From the NCBI GenBank assembly GCA_964607485.1, contig CAZSKP010000019.1, positions 1-37,598 of the forward strand: a stretch of DNA of 37,598 bases, written 5' to 3'. Source of the stretch: an uncultured bacterium. GTDB taxonomy: Bacteria; Abyssobacteria; SURF-5. The notes beneath the pieces are model-generated. The model did no database searches. It was not told where the DNA came from and saw only the letters and a program-made list of their open reading frames with translations. Positions 8,830 through 17,219 of this stretch are shown one piece after another (positions within the stretch are counted from its first letter, which is position 1; each line of letters opens with the position of its first letter). A program made the translations under genes and the position numbers.

Positions 8830-9639
8830 TTATTTCCCCTTGAACTCCGGTGGGCGTTTTTGCATGAAGGCCTGGACGGCTTCTATCACGTCCTCGCACG
8901 GGAGCACCGCCGCGTTCTTTTGTGCCGCGTATTCCAGCCCCGGATAGACGCCGTTCTCGCGGCTGTACACGAGCACCTCTTTCGTTCCCTGAACCGCCAG
9001 AGGCGAGCAGGCGGCGATCTCCGTTGCAAGTTTCTTCGCCTCCTCGTACAGAGCAGCCCTGTCCTCGCATACGCGGGTGACAAACCCCATCCGCAGGGCC
9101 TCGTCGGCGGTGAAGTTTCTCCCCGTCAGGGCCAGCTCGCGGAACCAGCCGTGCCCGATGATGTGCGGCAGCCGCTGGAGCGTGCCAAGGTCGGCGATGA
9201 GCGCCATCTTCGTTTCGCGCACGGCGAAGACGGCGTCTTTGGATGCGAGGCGGATGTCGCAGGCGGTGAGCAGGTCAACGCCCGCGCCGATGCAGTGGCT
9301 GTGCACAGCGGCGATGACCGGCTTCCGGCATTTTTCGATAACGCTCATGCTCTCCTGCGCCTGCACGATTTTCCTTCGGTTGCTCTCGCGGACGTCCGCG
9401 GTGGGAACGTCGCCGAACATGCTGCCGGCCTCTATCAGATCCAACCCGGCACTGAAACTCTTGCCTTCGGCCTTGATGATCACCACTCGCACATCGGGGT
9501 CTTCGTCGAACTCGGGGAAAAGCTTCAACAGGCCCGCAAAGAACTCCATATTCATCGTGTTTCGCTTCTCAGGCCGGTTGAACGTCAACCACGTGACATA
9601 GCCATCCTTTTCGACCTTGAAAATACCGTTATCGCTCAT
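8830..9639 (-). CDS. Enoyl-CoA hydratase/isomerase (crotonase family, dienoyl-CoA isomerase-like)
   Basis: FNRPEKRN, FSAGLDL, KPVIAAVHSHCIGAG and ADLGTLQRLP motifs. GGAGG upstream favours the ATG at 9639. Confidence 0.93.
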   Translation of the reverse strand: MSDNGIFKVEKDGYVTWLTFNRPEKRNTMNMEFFAGLLKLFPEFDEDPDVRVVIIKAEGKSFSAGLDLIEAGSMFGDVPTADVRESNRRKIVQAQESMSVIEKCRKPVIAAVHSHCIGAGVDLLTACDIRLASKDAVFAVRETKMALIADLGTLQRLPHIIGHGWFRELALTGRNFTADEALRMGFVTRVCEDRAALYEEAKKLATEIAACSPLAVQGTKEVLVYSRENGVYPGLEYAAQKNAAVLPCEDVIEAVQAFMQKRPPEFKGK

Positions 9640-9809
9640 GAGCATCCTCCGTTCTATGGATTAAGCCGGAAAGCCTCGTTCGCCGCCGTTCGTGCGCAGT
9701 ATAGGGTATCCGGCGGCACATTGTCAAAGGCTGTGTAGGGCACCCCGTTGAGCACGACTCTCCGCTTTGCTAAAATTGATATGGAGGCTTCAGAGACCTC
9801 AGATTGCCA

Positions 9810-11168
9810 ATGCGTTTTACGGACGACATGAACAGACCATCGCACATTGATGAACTCGCGAGAGAGAATTACTGGTTCGATTCGGGTGGGTTCGGCGCCG
9901 AAACGCTCAACCCTCCGCTCAAAGGCAACATCCTCGCCGACATTGTAATCATCGGCGGCGGCTTCACGGGCATGGCCGCCGCATACAACCTGATAACCAA
10001 TCATCCCGACAAGAAGGTCGTGCTCCTCGAAGGAGCCTCCTGCGGATACGGAGCGAGCGGTCGTAACGGCGGATTCGCCGACACCGGCGTTCGAGGACTG
10101 TGGAGAGTCTGCAGCGAGCAGGGTCCGGAGACGGCCCGCCGAATATTCGACATCACGCTCGACGGGCTCGACTCCATCGGGAATTTCGCGGAGGAACACG
10201 GCGTCGATTGCGACTTCGCCCCGAACGGCTCAATCGAGTTGGCGGCGAACGATTCGCAGACAGAAATGCTGGAGGAAGAGAAGGAGTTTCATGACAAGCT
10301 CGGCCTCGAAGCCGCGCTCATCGACGGACGCGAGCTTCAGAGGACGATAAGGACCGGGCGATACGTGGGCGGGCTGCGGTGTCCGTACGGCGCGACGCTC
10401 AATCCCTTCAAGCTGGCTCGCGGCATGAAGCGAGTCGTCGAAGAAAAGGGGGTCGCGGTCCACGAGCACACGCCGGCGATTCGCGTCGAGCGGGGCAGGC
10501 AGGTGACGGTCGCGACGCCTGCCGGACAGGTGCGCGCGCCCGCAATGGTCCTGGCGACAAACGCGTATTCGCCGGGCCTCGGCTTTTTCAAGAACCGAAT
10601 AATCCCCATGTGCGCTTACGTCATCGCCACTGCGCCGCTGACGGAGAAGCAGCGCGAGGCCATCGGCTGGCGCGGCAGAGAAAAGCTCTCCGACCTGAAC
10701 ACCATTTTCAACTACTTTCACCTCTCGAGGGACAGCCGCATCGTTTTCGGCGGCGAGGGCATCAGGTATCTTTACGGCGGCCGCATCTGCACAAGGATGC
10801 ATCGGCGAACGATGGACAGGCTTCGGAAGGGGCTTCTCGCGATTTTTCCGCAGCTCGACGGAATCAAGGTCACGCACCGCTGGGGCGGAACCGTGGGCAT
10901 GTCGCTCGCCTTCGTGCCGTCCGTCGGCGTGCTCGGCGACAAGGGAAACATCTTCTACGCCGTCGGCTACAGCGGCGAAGGGGTCGTGCTGTCGCAGGTG
11001 GCGGGCAAGATTATTAATGACCTTTATTCCAAGAACGACAGCGCCCTCACCCGCCTCTTCTTCGTCAACGGGCCGGTCCCCTACTCCCTCCCCGATCCGC
11101 TTCGCTACCTCGGCGTCCACGCATACAAGGCCTATTTCCGCTGGCTTGCCACACGGCCGATACATTGA
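9810..11168 (+). CDS. FAD-dependent oxidoreductase, DadA/PuuB (gamma-glutamylputrescine oxidase-like) family
   Basis: IIGGGFTG Rossmann motif, GASGRNGG, LATNAY and GYSGEGV. The start is ambiguous (9804/9810/9828). Confidence 0.9.
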   Translation: MRFTDDMNRPSHIDELARENYWFDSGGFGAETLNPPLKGNILADIVIIGGGFTGMAAAYNLITNHPDKKVVLLEGASCGYGASGRNGGFADTGVRGLWRVCSEQGPETARRIFDITLDGLDSIGNFAEEHGVDCDFAPNGSIELAANDSQTEMLEEEKEFHDKLGLEAALIDGRELQRTIRTGRYVGGLRCPYGATLNPFKLARGMKRVVEEKGVAVHEHTPAIRVERGRQVTVATPAGQVRAPAMVLATNAYSPGLGFFKNRIIPMCAYVIATAPLTEKQREAIGWRGREKLSDLNTIFNYFHLSRDSRIVFGGEGIRYLYGGRICTRMHRRTMDRLRKGLLAIFPQLDGIKVTHRWGGTVGMSLAFVPSVGVLGDKGNIFYAVGYSGEGVVLSQVAGKIINDLYSKNDSALTRLFFVNGPVPYSLPDPLRYLGVHAYKAYFRWLATRPIH

Positions 11169-11184
11169 TAACACGTCGCGATAC

Positions 11185-11245
11185 ACCAAGACATCAAGGA
11201 AATGCAAAAGAAAAGATTATCTTTATGTCTTGGTTCTTGGTGGTT
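11185..11245. repeat. Imperfect inverted repeat built from short CCAAG/CTTGG units
   Basis: accaagacatcaag (11185-11198) versus ctttatgtcttggt (11221-11234) is 13/14 complementary. An extra tcttggtggtt unit follows. Confidence 0.6.
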
Positions 11246-11358
11246 AACGTTTGATTTATCCACGAAGCTTCATGAAGTCTTTTAGGCGCACAGCCGTGCG
11301 CCCTCACAAAATGATCTGTAATGGGCTGCTCCTCCTCATGTTATCCCTTCAAGGAGGC

Positions 11359-11386
11359 TTGCTAGGGGAAAAAGAAGTGTTATATT
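11359..11386 (+). promoter_or_regulatory. Sigma70-type promoter with extended -10 upstream of the molbindin gene
   Basis: TTGCTA (11359-11364), 16-bp spacer ending in TGt, then TATATT (11381-11386). Confidence 0.5.
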
Positions 11387-11441
11387 TTAGGGAGGGAGAT
11401 AACCCGTTTGGATTTATGTAACCCCATGAGGAGGTGGGCTT

Positions 11442-11651
11442 ATGAAAGTCAGCGCCAGAAATTTATTAAAGGGTAAAGTTTCAAAGGTTACGATGGGCGC
11501 CGTGAATGCGGAGATTGAGGTCGAATTGACTGGCGGCCAGAAGGTTATATCAATCATCACGATAAATTCTGCGAAGAGACTTGGGCTGGAGGTTGGCAAG
11601 GACGTATATGCAATGATCAAGGCCTCCAATGTGATGATCGCCGTCGATTGA
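11442..11651 (+). CDS. mop: Molybdate/tungstate-binding TOBE protein (molbindin, Mop family)
   Basis: SARNLLKGKV...SIITINSAKRLGL...AMIKASNV in 69 aa, with a strong GAGGAGGT RBS. Confidence 0.95.
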   Translation: MKVSARNLLKGKVSKVTMGAVNAEIEVELTGGQKVISIITINSAKRLGLEVGKDVYAMIKASNVMIAVD

Positions 11652-11954
11652 TGTCGGGTCTCCTTTATTTGGTTCTTATAAAAAGGGGGCCTCATCTCTG
11701 CCCCCAATACAAATACATTTCCCCTTGACGTCTTCAGCCGTTTCCATCTCTGAGAAAGTCAACCTTCCGTTCCTCATTCTGCATTCTTTCAGTCTCCCGC
11801 AACCCACCTTGAACCTCAGTATTTCCCGAAGTTTATTTGGGTGTTATAGTTCTATTGAAAGTTGGATGAGTATCGTCAATCATAAGGTCCTGTCCTTCCT
11901 TGTGAGTTTTGGGACGCGGAGTCAACCAGCAGCGCCCAATGCTTCCGGGAGAAT

Positions 11955-13604
11955 ATGAAAATGAAGAAGTTGGATGACACAAGCGCGGTCGAAGTTGCCG
12001 ATGGCATCTGGTGGGTCGGATTTGCGGATTATGAGGCGGGCTTCTCGAATAATCCTTATCTCTTACTGGATGAGGACGAGGCGGTCCTGTTTGATCCAGG
12101 TCCGGGCCACCCCCTTTTTCGAGATTTGATCCTTCAGAAGATACAAAGCGTAACGCCACAGGAAAGGATAAAGTACATTGTCGTCCATCATCAGGACCCA
12201 GACCTCTGTGGCCTGATTCCATTTATTGAAAACACACTGCACCCCGACGTCGTGATAATGACGCATCCCAGAGCGTCTCTGTTTATTCCATACTACGGAT
12301 CACGCAAGGGAGTCTTGCCTTTGGGCGATGGGGACAGTCTCGAACTGAAATCGGGCAGGAAAATCACATTCTATCATGCTCCCTATCTTCACTTTGCCGG
12401 GAATATCGTGAGTTACGACGAGAAGACAGCGTCATTGTTTTCGGCTGACATCTTCGCTGTGTTCAATAGGGAATGGAGCCTCTACGCGGATGATTCCTAC
12501 ATAGCTCTCGCCAAAAACTTTATCGAGCACTACATTGCGGCAAAAAAGCCGGTTCTGTATGCCTACGAAAAGATCAAGGGCCTTAGGATCGAACGGATAC
12601 TTCCCCAGCACGGAGGGATCATCGAGAATAACATTGAAAAATTTCTTGCCATGCTGACCGAGGTGGAGCCTGGTCAATTGCTGGAGGAATTGAAAAAGAA
12701 GCCGACCGCCACAGAGGTGGGGAAGCTTCTTGAGGCCGGGAAGACTTGGCTGGCATACTGGTTGAAAAAGGATCTGGAGTTGAATTCCCTGGATGACCTC
12801 ATGCAGGTGGCGATGGAGGAAGGCCCTTCGACCTTAGCATTGTTGATCGACGCAATTTCTGAAAAAGCGCGAGACTTGGGAGTAGCTAATCCTCTTACCT
12901 ACAGCAAGCAGCATAAATGGAACAACATTTGGTCTCTCCAGACAACACAGCTCATGGATTCAGTGAGGCGACGTTTTCTCAGCAGACAGTACGGAATGCA
13001 ATCGGGAGCGGATTCGAGTTTTTCGGATATCACGAAGCAAGGGCTCCAGGCATTCAAGACAAAAGTCGCGATAATGTTTGTCGATATCAGAGCGTTTACG
13101 GAATGGAGCGCCGAGAAATCGCCGGATGAAGTGGTGGGTATGCTGAATAGACAATATGAGCTCACATCCAGACTAATCCACTCCCGGGGAGGAAGAGTTA
13201 ACAAGCTCATGGGCGACGGGATATTGGCATACTTTCCTGAACACAAACTTTCGGAGTGCGTGATCTCGGCGATGGAAATCCAAGATGCGATTCCAAAAAG
13301 CGGGCTGTTGCCTGCAGGAATAGGATGCGACTTCGGCGAGGTTATAATGGGAGATATGGGCCAGGAGGTTCGGCTGGACTATACAATCATAGGAGCGGCC
13401 GTGAACTTTGCCGCCCGAATGTGCAGCAGCGCCGGCAAAGGACAGATCGCGCTCTCCGGCAGGATGTATGAGAGGATGCGTGATCAGACCAAACGTCAAA
13501 TCATGGAAACATATTCGATGGAAACGATAAGAGTGAAGGTCAAGCCGACCGACCCTGAACAGAAGGGTATTCTCTTCAAACAGACTCTCATATCCGAAGG
13601 TTAA
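11955..13604 (+). CDS. ODP-type MBL-fold di-iron domain fused to a class III adenylate cyclase
   Basis: N-terminus: NPYLL, FDPG, HHQDPDLC, PYLHFAG, LFSADIF, PQHG. C-terminus: FVDIRAFT, KLMGDG, GDMG..RLDYTIIGAAVNFAARM. Confidence 0.88.
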   Translation: MKMKKLDDTSAVEVADGIWWVGFADYEAGFSNNPYLLLDEDEAVLFDPGPGHPLFRDLILQKIQSVTPQERIKYIVVHHQDPDLCGLIPFIENTLHPDVVIMTHPRASLFIPYYGSRKGVLPLGDGDSLELKSGRKITFYHAPYLHFAGNIVSYDEKTASLFSADIFAVFNREWSLYADDSYIALAKNFIEHYIAAKKPVLYAYEKIKGLRIERILPQHGGIIENNIEKFLAMLTEVEPGQLLEELKKKPTATEVGKLLEAGKTWLAYWLKKDLELNSLDDLMQVAMEEGPSTLALLIDAISEKARDLGVANPLTYSKQHKWNNIWSLQTTQLMDSVRRRFLSRQYGMQSGADSSFSDITKQGLQAFKTKVAIMFVDIRAFTEWSAEKSPDEVVGMLNRQYELTSRLIHSRGGRVNKLMGDGILAYFPEHKLSECVISAMEIQDAIPKSGLLPAGIGCDFGEVIMGDMGQEVRLDYTIIGAAVNFAARMCSSAGKGQIALSGRMYERMRDQTKRQIMETYSMETIRVKVKPTDPEQKGILFKQTLISEG

Positions 13605-13821
13605 CATGCTAAAGGCCAAAGCAACGTTTCTGTAGCAAACGGTTTCAGATTTATGCATAATTCAATAGCTGGGATACAACAAATATGAAGGGAAAAGGGA
13701 GAAATTCTCTTGGTCGTCGAGGAGAGAATGGCTCCAGTTTACACAAATTACACGCTTGATGTCGGATGAGGTCGGATTTGAAATATGGTCATCCGCATAA
13801 GCCGGAAGAAGGCGAAAGATC

Positions 13822-14460
13822 ATGGTTAAGACAACTAGAGCATTGATCGTTTTGGTGGTGATCCTGGGTGTGGCTGTCGCAGTCGAGTCGTTCTACCTGT
13901 ATCAGATGAACAATCGCGTTAACCGGCTGACTGGCAAGCAAGTGACGGAACTCAGATTCCCGTTCTGGCACAAGGCCTTGCAGCCACAGGCAAATGCAGG
14001 AATTGACGAAAACTGGTTCAATCAGCCGTTTGAATCCAATACATGGGACCCATCCAGCGAGATGCAACGGATGCACGAACAGATGAACAGCATGCTCGAA
14101 AATTCCTTTGGCAATTTCAGCGGGAAAGCCGTCGCCGCGCCGTTCTATAGCAGCGAGACGTTCGGCCCTAATGTGAACCTGAAACAGGAAGATTCCCAAT
14201 ATGTGGCAACTGTAAAAGTGCCCGGTTCCAAAGAGGCGGCCGTAAACGCGCAAGTTGAGGGCCAAGTGCTCAAGATAAATGGCAAAGAAGAAAAAGCTGA
14301 GGAAAAATCCGACAAGAACGGGCAGACGATGTTCAAGGAAAATTGGACGGGTGAGTTTGAGGAATCGATTCCACTACCCGGACCCGTTGATGCGAAACAC
14401 ATGCAGACTAAGTATGAAAACGGCGTCTACACGATAATTCTGCCGAAGGCCGCCGTCTAA
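13822..14460 (+). CDS. Hsp20/alpha-crystallin protein with N-terminal membrane anchor or signal
   Basis: Hydrophobic N-terminal helix, WDPSSEMQRM segment, and an alpha-crystallin core (VKVPG, LKING, GEFEESIPLPGPVD, YENGVYTIILPK). Confidence 0.85.
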   Translation: MVKTTRALIVLVVILGVAVAVESFYLYQMNNRVNRLTGKQVTELRFPFWHKALQPQANAGIDENWFNQPFESNTWDPSSEMQRMHEQMNSMLENSFGNFSGKAVAAPFYSSETFGPNVNLKQEDSQYVATVKVPGSKEAAVNAQVEGQVLKINGKEEKAEEKSDKNGQTMFKENWTGEFEESIPLPGPVDAKHMQTKYENGVYTIILPKAAV

Positions 14461-14490
14461 GGGAATCGCGACCACTTGCCATTCTCGCTA

Positions 14491-14553
14491 GAGAGGGGGA
14501 AACATCCGCTTTGAGGGAGAGAGCGGATGTTTTCCCCTCTCAACCTTTTTATT
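14491..14553 (+). terminator. Intrinsic terminator (20-bp stem)
   Basis: gagagggggaaacatccgct (14491-14510) pairs with agcggatgttttcccctctc (14522-14541) with one G-U pair. A T-rich tract follows. Confidence 0.75.
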
Positions 14554-14672
14554 CTCGGCTTCTCGAAAAATCAACCTTTTGCCAATCGACAGGTGTTGAC
14601 TTTTGCAGCCACTTCTGATACTGATTGTCGCATAAACAGACCGCGACTCATTCTTGTTAAGGGGGAACGCCG

Positions 14673-15638
14673 ATGAAGATCGCCGATGACATCTATTTCT
14701 ACAAGGGACGCGAGGAGGAGAAGATCATACGCGGGGCAGGCTCCTGCAATGTTGTGGTTTTGAAGACCGACCGGCAGGTGATGGTGGACAGCGGGCTCAT
14801 CGTCGGAGGTTCGTTCAGGGATTTGCAGACGGCGGCAGCGAATGACGGCCTCGACCTGAGCCGCACGCGGGCCGTCCTGCACACGCATTCACACTGGGAC
14901 CACATCACCGGAGACTGCATCGTTCAAACGGAATATGGCGCCGAAGTGTATGCCCATCCGTGGGCACGACCGAGCATTGAATCGCAGAAAGCAGCGTTTC
15001 AGGCGTTCGTCATGGACACCGGCGACTTCTACGGCGAGATCATCGGCCTTCCTACCCCCTTCATCAGGATTCTGCTCTGGTACGTCGGAGGCTCATACAG
15101 CGGCCTTCGACTTGACAAAACACTGGACGGGAGCGAAGAATTGGATTTCGGCCTGAAGGTCATTGCCTGCCACACTCCCGGCCACACCCCCGGCCACATC
15201 GGTTACTACATCCCTGAGAGAAAAGCGTTCGTCAGCGGCGACCTGATCGACCTGGAGACCGGCGAGGGCGCAGACCTGAACAATCCGCATTCCAGCTATG
15301 CGGACGGTTTGGCGTCGCTGGAGAAGGTGCGAGAGATGGATATTGAATTCTTCCTCCCGGCCCACGGCCAGCCGGTACGCGGAAAAGACAAAGTCGAAAG
15401 CCTTCTCCATCGCATGATAGAGAGCACCCATGCTTATACCAAAGACGTGAAGGGCATCCTCTCTCAGGGCGAGGACACGCTCACTGAAATATTCACGAAG
15501 TTGATGCCTGGCACTCCCTTTACCCTTAAGGCGATGAAGATGATGCAAATCCTGACCATACTGAAACATTTGCAGAAGACAGGCGAGGTCGCTCTGCAGA
15601 AGAAGGACGGTAGACAGGTATGGAGTCTGAATGAATGA
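14673..15638 (+). CDS. MBL-fold metallo-hydrolase with probable C-terminal winged helix
   Basis: HTHSHWDH, TPGHTPGH, SGDL and PAHG motifs. Confidence 0.9.
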   Translation: MKIADDIYFYKGREEEKIIRGAGSCNVVVLKTDRQVMVDSGLIVGGSFRDLQTAAANDGLDLSRTRAVLHTHSHWDHITGDCIVQTEYGAEVYAHPWARPSIESQKAAFQAFVMDTGDFYGEIIGLPTPFIRILLWYVGGSYSGLRLDKTLDGSEELDFGLKVIACHTPGHTPGHIGYYIPERKAFVSGDLIDLETGEGADLNNPHSSYADGLASLEKVREMDIEFFLPAHGQPVRGKDKVESLLHRMIESTHAYTKDVKGILSQGEDTLTEIFTKLMPGTPFTLKAMKMMQILTILKHLQKTGEVALQKKDGRQVWSLNE

Positions 15639-15714
15639 GTCGGGATTAGGGATGCTCAGGCACACTTGGGCCTTCAATTTGGACATCAATTAAGCTCTCT
15701 CGGGGGTTCATATC

Positions 15715-17184
15715 ATGGACGTAATCATTCGAAACGGAACGATTGTGGACGGGAGCGGCCGAAAGGGATTCGCGGGTGACGTTGGTATCGCTGGAGAAAG
15801 AATCGTAACGGTGGGGAAGGTTCCCGGCGACGCTCCACTGGTGGTCGATGCCGCGGGCATGGTGGTCGCGCCGGGGTTCGTGGACATGCACGCCCACTCC
15901 GACTTCGCGCTGCTGAAGAATCCCGCCGCCAGCGAGAAGATAATGCAGGGGGTCACCACCAATGTGATCGGGAACTGCGGCATGTCTCCCGCTCCCGCAA
16001 ACGAGAGGGTGAGACAGTATTTCGAGGGCTTCCTCAGGTTCGTCTTCGGTGAAATGAGCGTGCGAGGCTTTCGCACGCTTGCAGAATATTTCAAAGCCGT
16101 TGAAGATAACGGCGTGTCCATCAATATCGCCTCCTATGCCGCGCACGGAATCATCAGATACTATGTAACCGAGTTGAACCCGGACACGCCGACCCCGGCC
16201 GAGATCGACCAGATGAAGAACATCTTGCGGCAGGCGATGGAGGACGGCGCTTTCGGTCTCTCCTCCGGCCTCATCTATCCTCCGGGCAACTTCTCCAAGA
16301 CCGACGAGCTAATAGAACTGTGCAAGGTGGTCGCTGAATTTGGGGGAATCTATTCGACTCATATGCGAGATGAGGGCGAACGGCTTGCGGAATCAGTCGG
16401 CGAGGCTATCGAAATCGGCGGTTCCGCCGGCGTGCCGGTTCAGATTGCGCACCATAAGGCTCACGGCAAACCTAACTGGGGGAAGTCGAAGGAATCATTG
16501 AAGCTTATAGAAAGAGCTCGGAGCGAGGGCCTCGACATTACGGCCGACCAGTATCCATACACCGCCTCCAGCACCATCTTGGCCGCTGTAATGGCGTCAG
16601 AGGATTTTGACGCGGATAACGTCATGATCGCGTCAACGAAGTACGACCACTCGCTCGAGGGAAGAATGCTGGCCGACATCGCAAAGGACCGGGGCAAGAC
16701 GGCACGGGAGGTCGCCGAGGAAATCAACTCGGATGAGGACGGCGCGGTCATGGCAATCTTTTTCGAGATGAACGAAGAGGACGTGGTCCGCATCATGAAG
16801 CATCCCACCACCATGATCGGCTCCGACGGAGCGGAGAGCGAGGGCGGAAAGCCGCATCCACGCCTCTATGGCACCTTCCCCCGCGTCCTAGGACGCTACG
16901 TCAGGGAGAAGAAGGTGCTCAGCCTGGAGGAAGCGGTCAGGAAAATGACGTCCATGGGGCTTGAAAAACTCGGCATCAAGGACAGAGGCCTCATCAAGGA
17001 AAATTATTATGCCGACATCGTAGTGTTCGATCCCGACACGGTGGCTGACACCGCGACCTACGAAAATCCGCGTCAGTTTCCCCGGGGAATACGACATGTC
17101 TTTGTCAACGGCGCGCTGGCTGTCAATGATGGAAAACAGACCAGCGCCCTCGCAGGAAAAGTCTTGAGGAAGACGATGTCTTGA
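15715..17184 (+). CDS. N-acyl-D-amino-acid deacylase (D-aminoacylase family amidohydrolase)
   Basis: PGFVDMHAHSD, GNCG, THMRDE, AHHKA, IGSDG and PHPRLYGTFPRVLG motifs. Confidence 0.93.
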   Translation: MDVIIRNGTIVDGSGRKGFAGDVGIAGERIVTVGKVPGDAPLVVDAAGMVVAPGFVDMHAHSDFALLKNPAASEKIMQGVTTNVIGNCGMSPAPANERVRQYFEGFLRFVFGEMSVRGFRTLAEYFKAVEDNGVSINIASYAAHGIIRYYVTELNPDTPTPAEIDQMKNILRQAMEDGAFGLSSGLIYPPGNFSKTDELIELCKVVAEFGGIYSTHMRDEGERLAESVGEAIEIGGSAGVPVQIAHHKAHGKPNWGKSKESLKLIERARSEGLDITADQYPYTASSTILAAVMASEDFDADNVMIASTKYDHSLEGRMLADIAKDRGKTAREVAEEINSDEDGAVMAIFFEMNEEDVVRIMKHPTTMIGSDGAESEGGKPHPRLYGTFPRVLGRYVREKKVLSLEEAVRKMTSMGLEKLGIKDRGLIKENYYADIVVFDPDTVADTATYENPRQFPRGIRHVFVNGALAVNDGKQTSALAGKVLRKTMS

Positions 17185-17219
17185 AGATTGGTTCGCCGAA
17201 GCAACGGGAGAGGATTTTC

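Noticed and set aside
11379-11403. ModE operator upstream of mop (GTTAT...ATAAC)
   Set aside because: The half-sites are 15 bp apart, longer than in the E. coli-type box as I recall it, and the inner TATA/TACAT match is poor.
11955-12700. Flavodiiron protein (FprA/NorV) or beta-lactamase
   Set aside because: It lacks the flavodoxin domain, the H-x-E-x-D-H motif of FprA and the HxHxDH motif of hydrolases. HQDPD fits the ODP subfamily.
13738-13753. CpxR/OmpR-like direct repeat (TTACAC x2) upstream of the Hsp20 gene
   Set aside because: The 9-bp period does not fit the 10-11-bp spacing of such boxes, and the repeat is too short to distinguish from chance.
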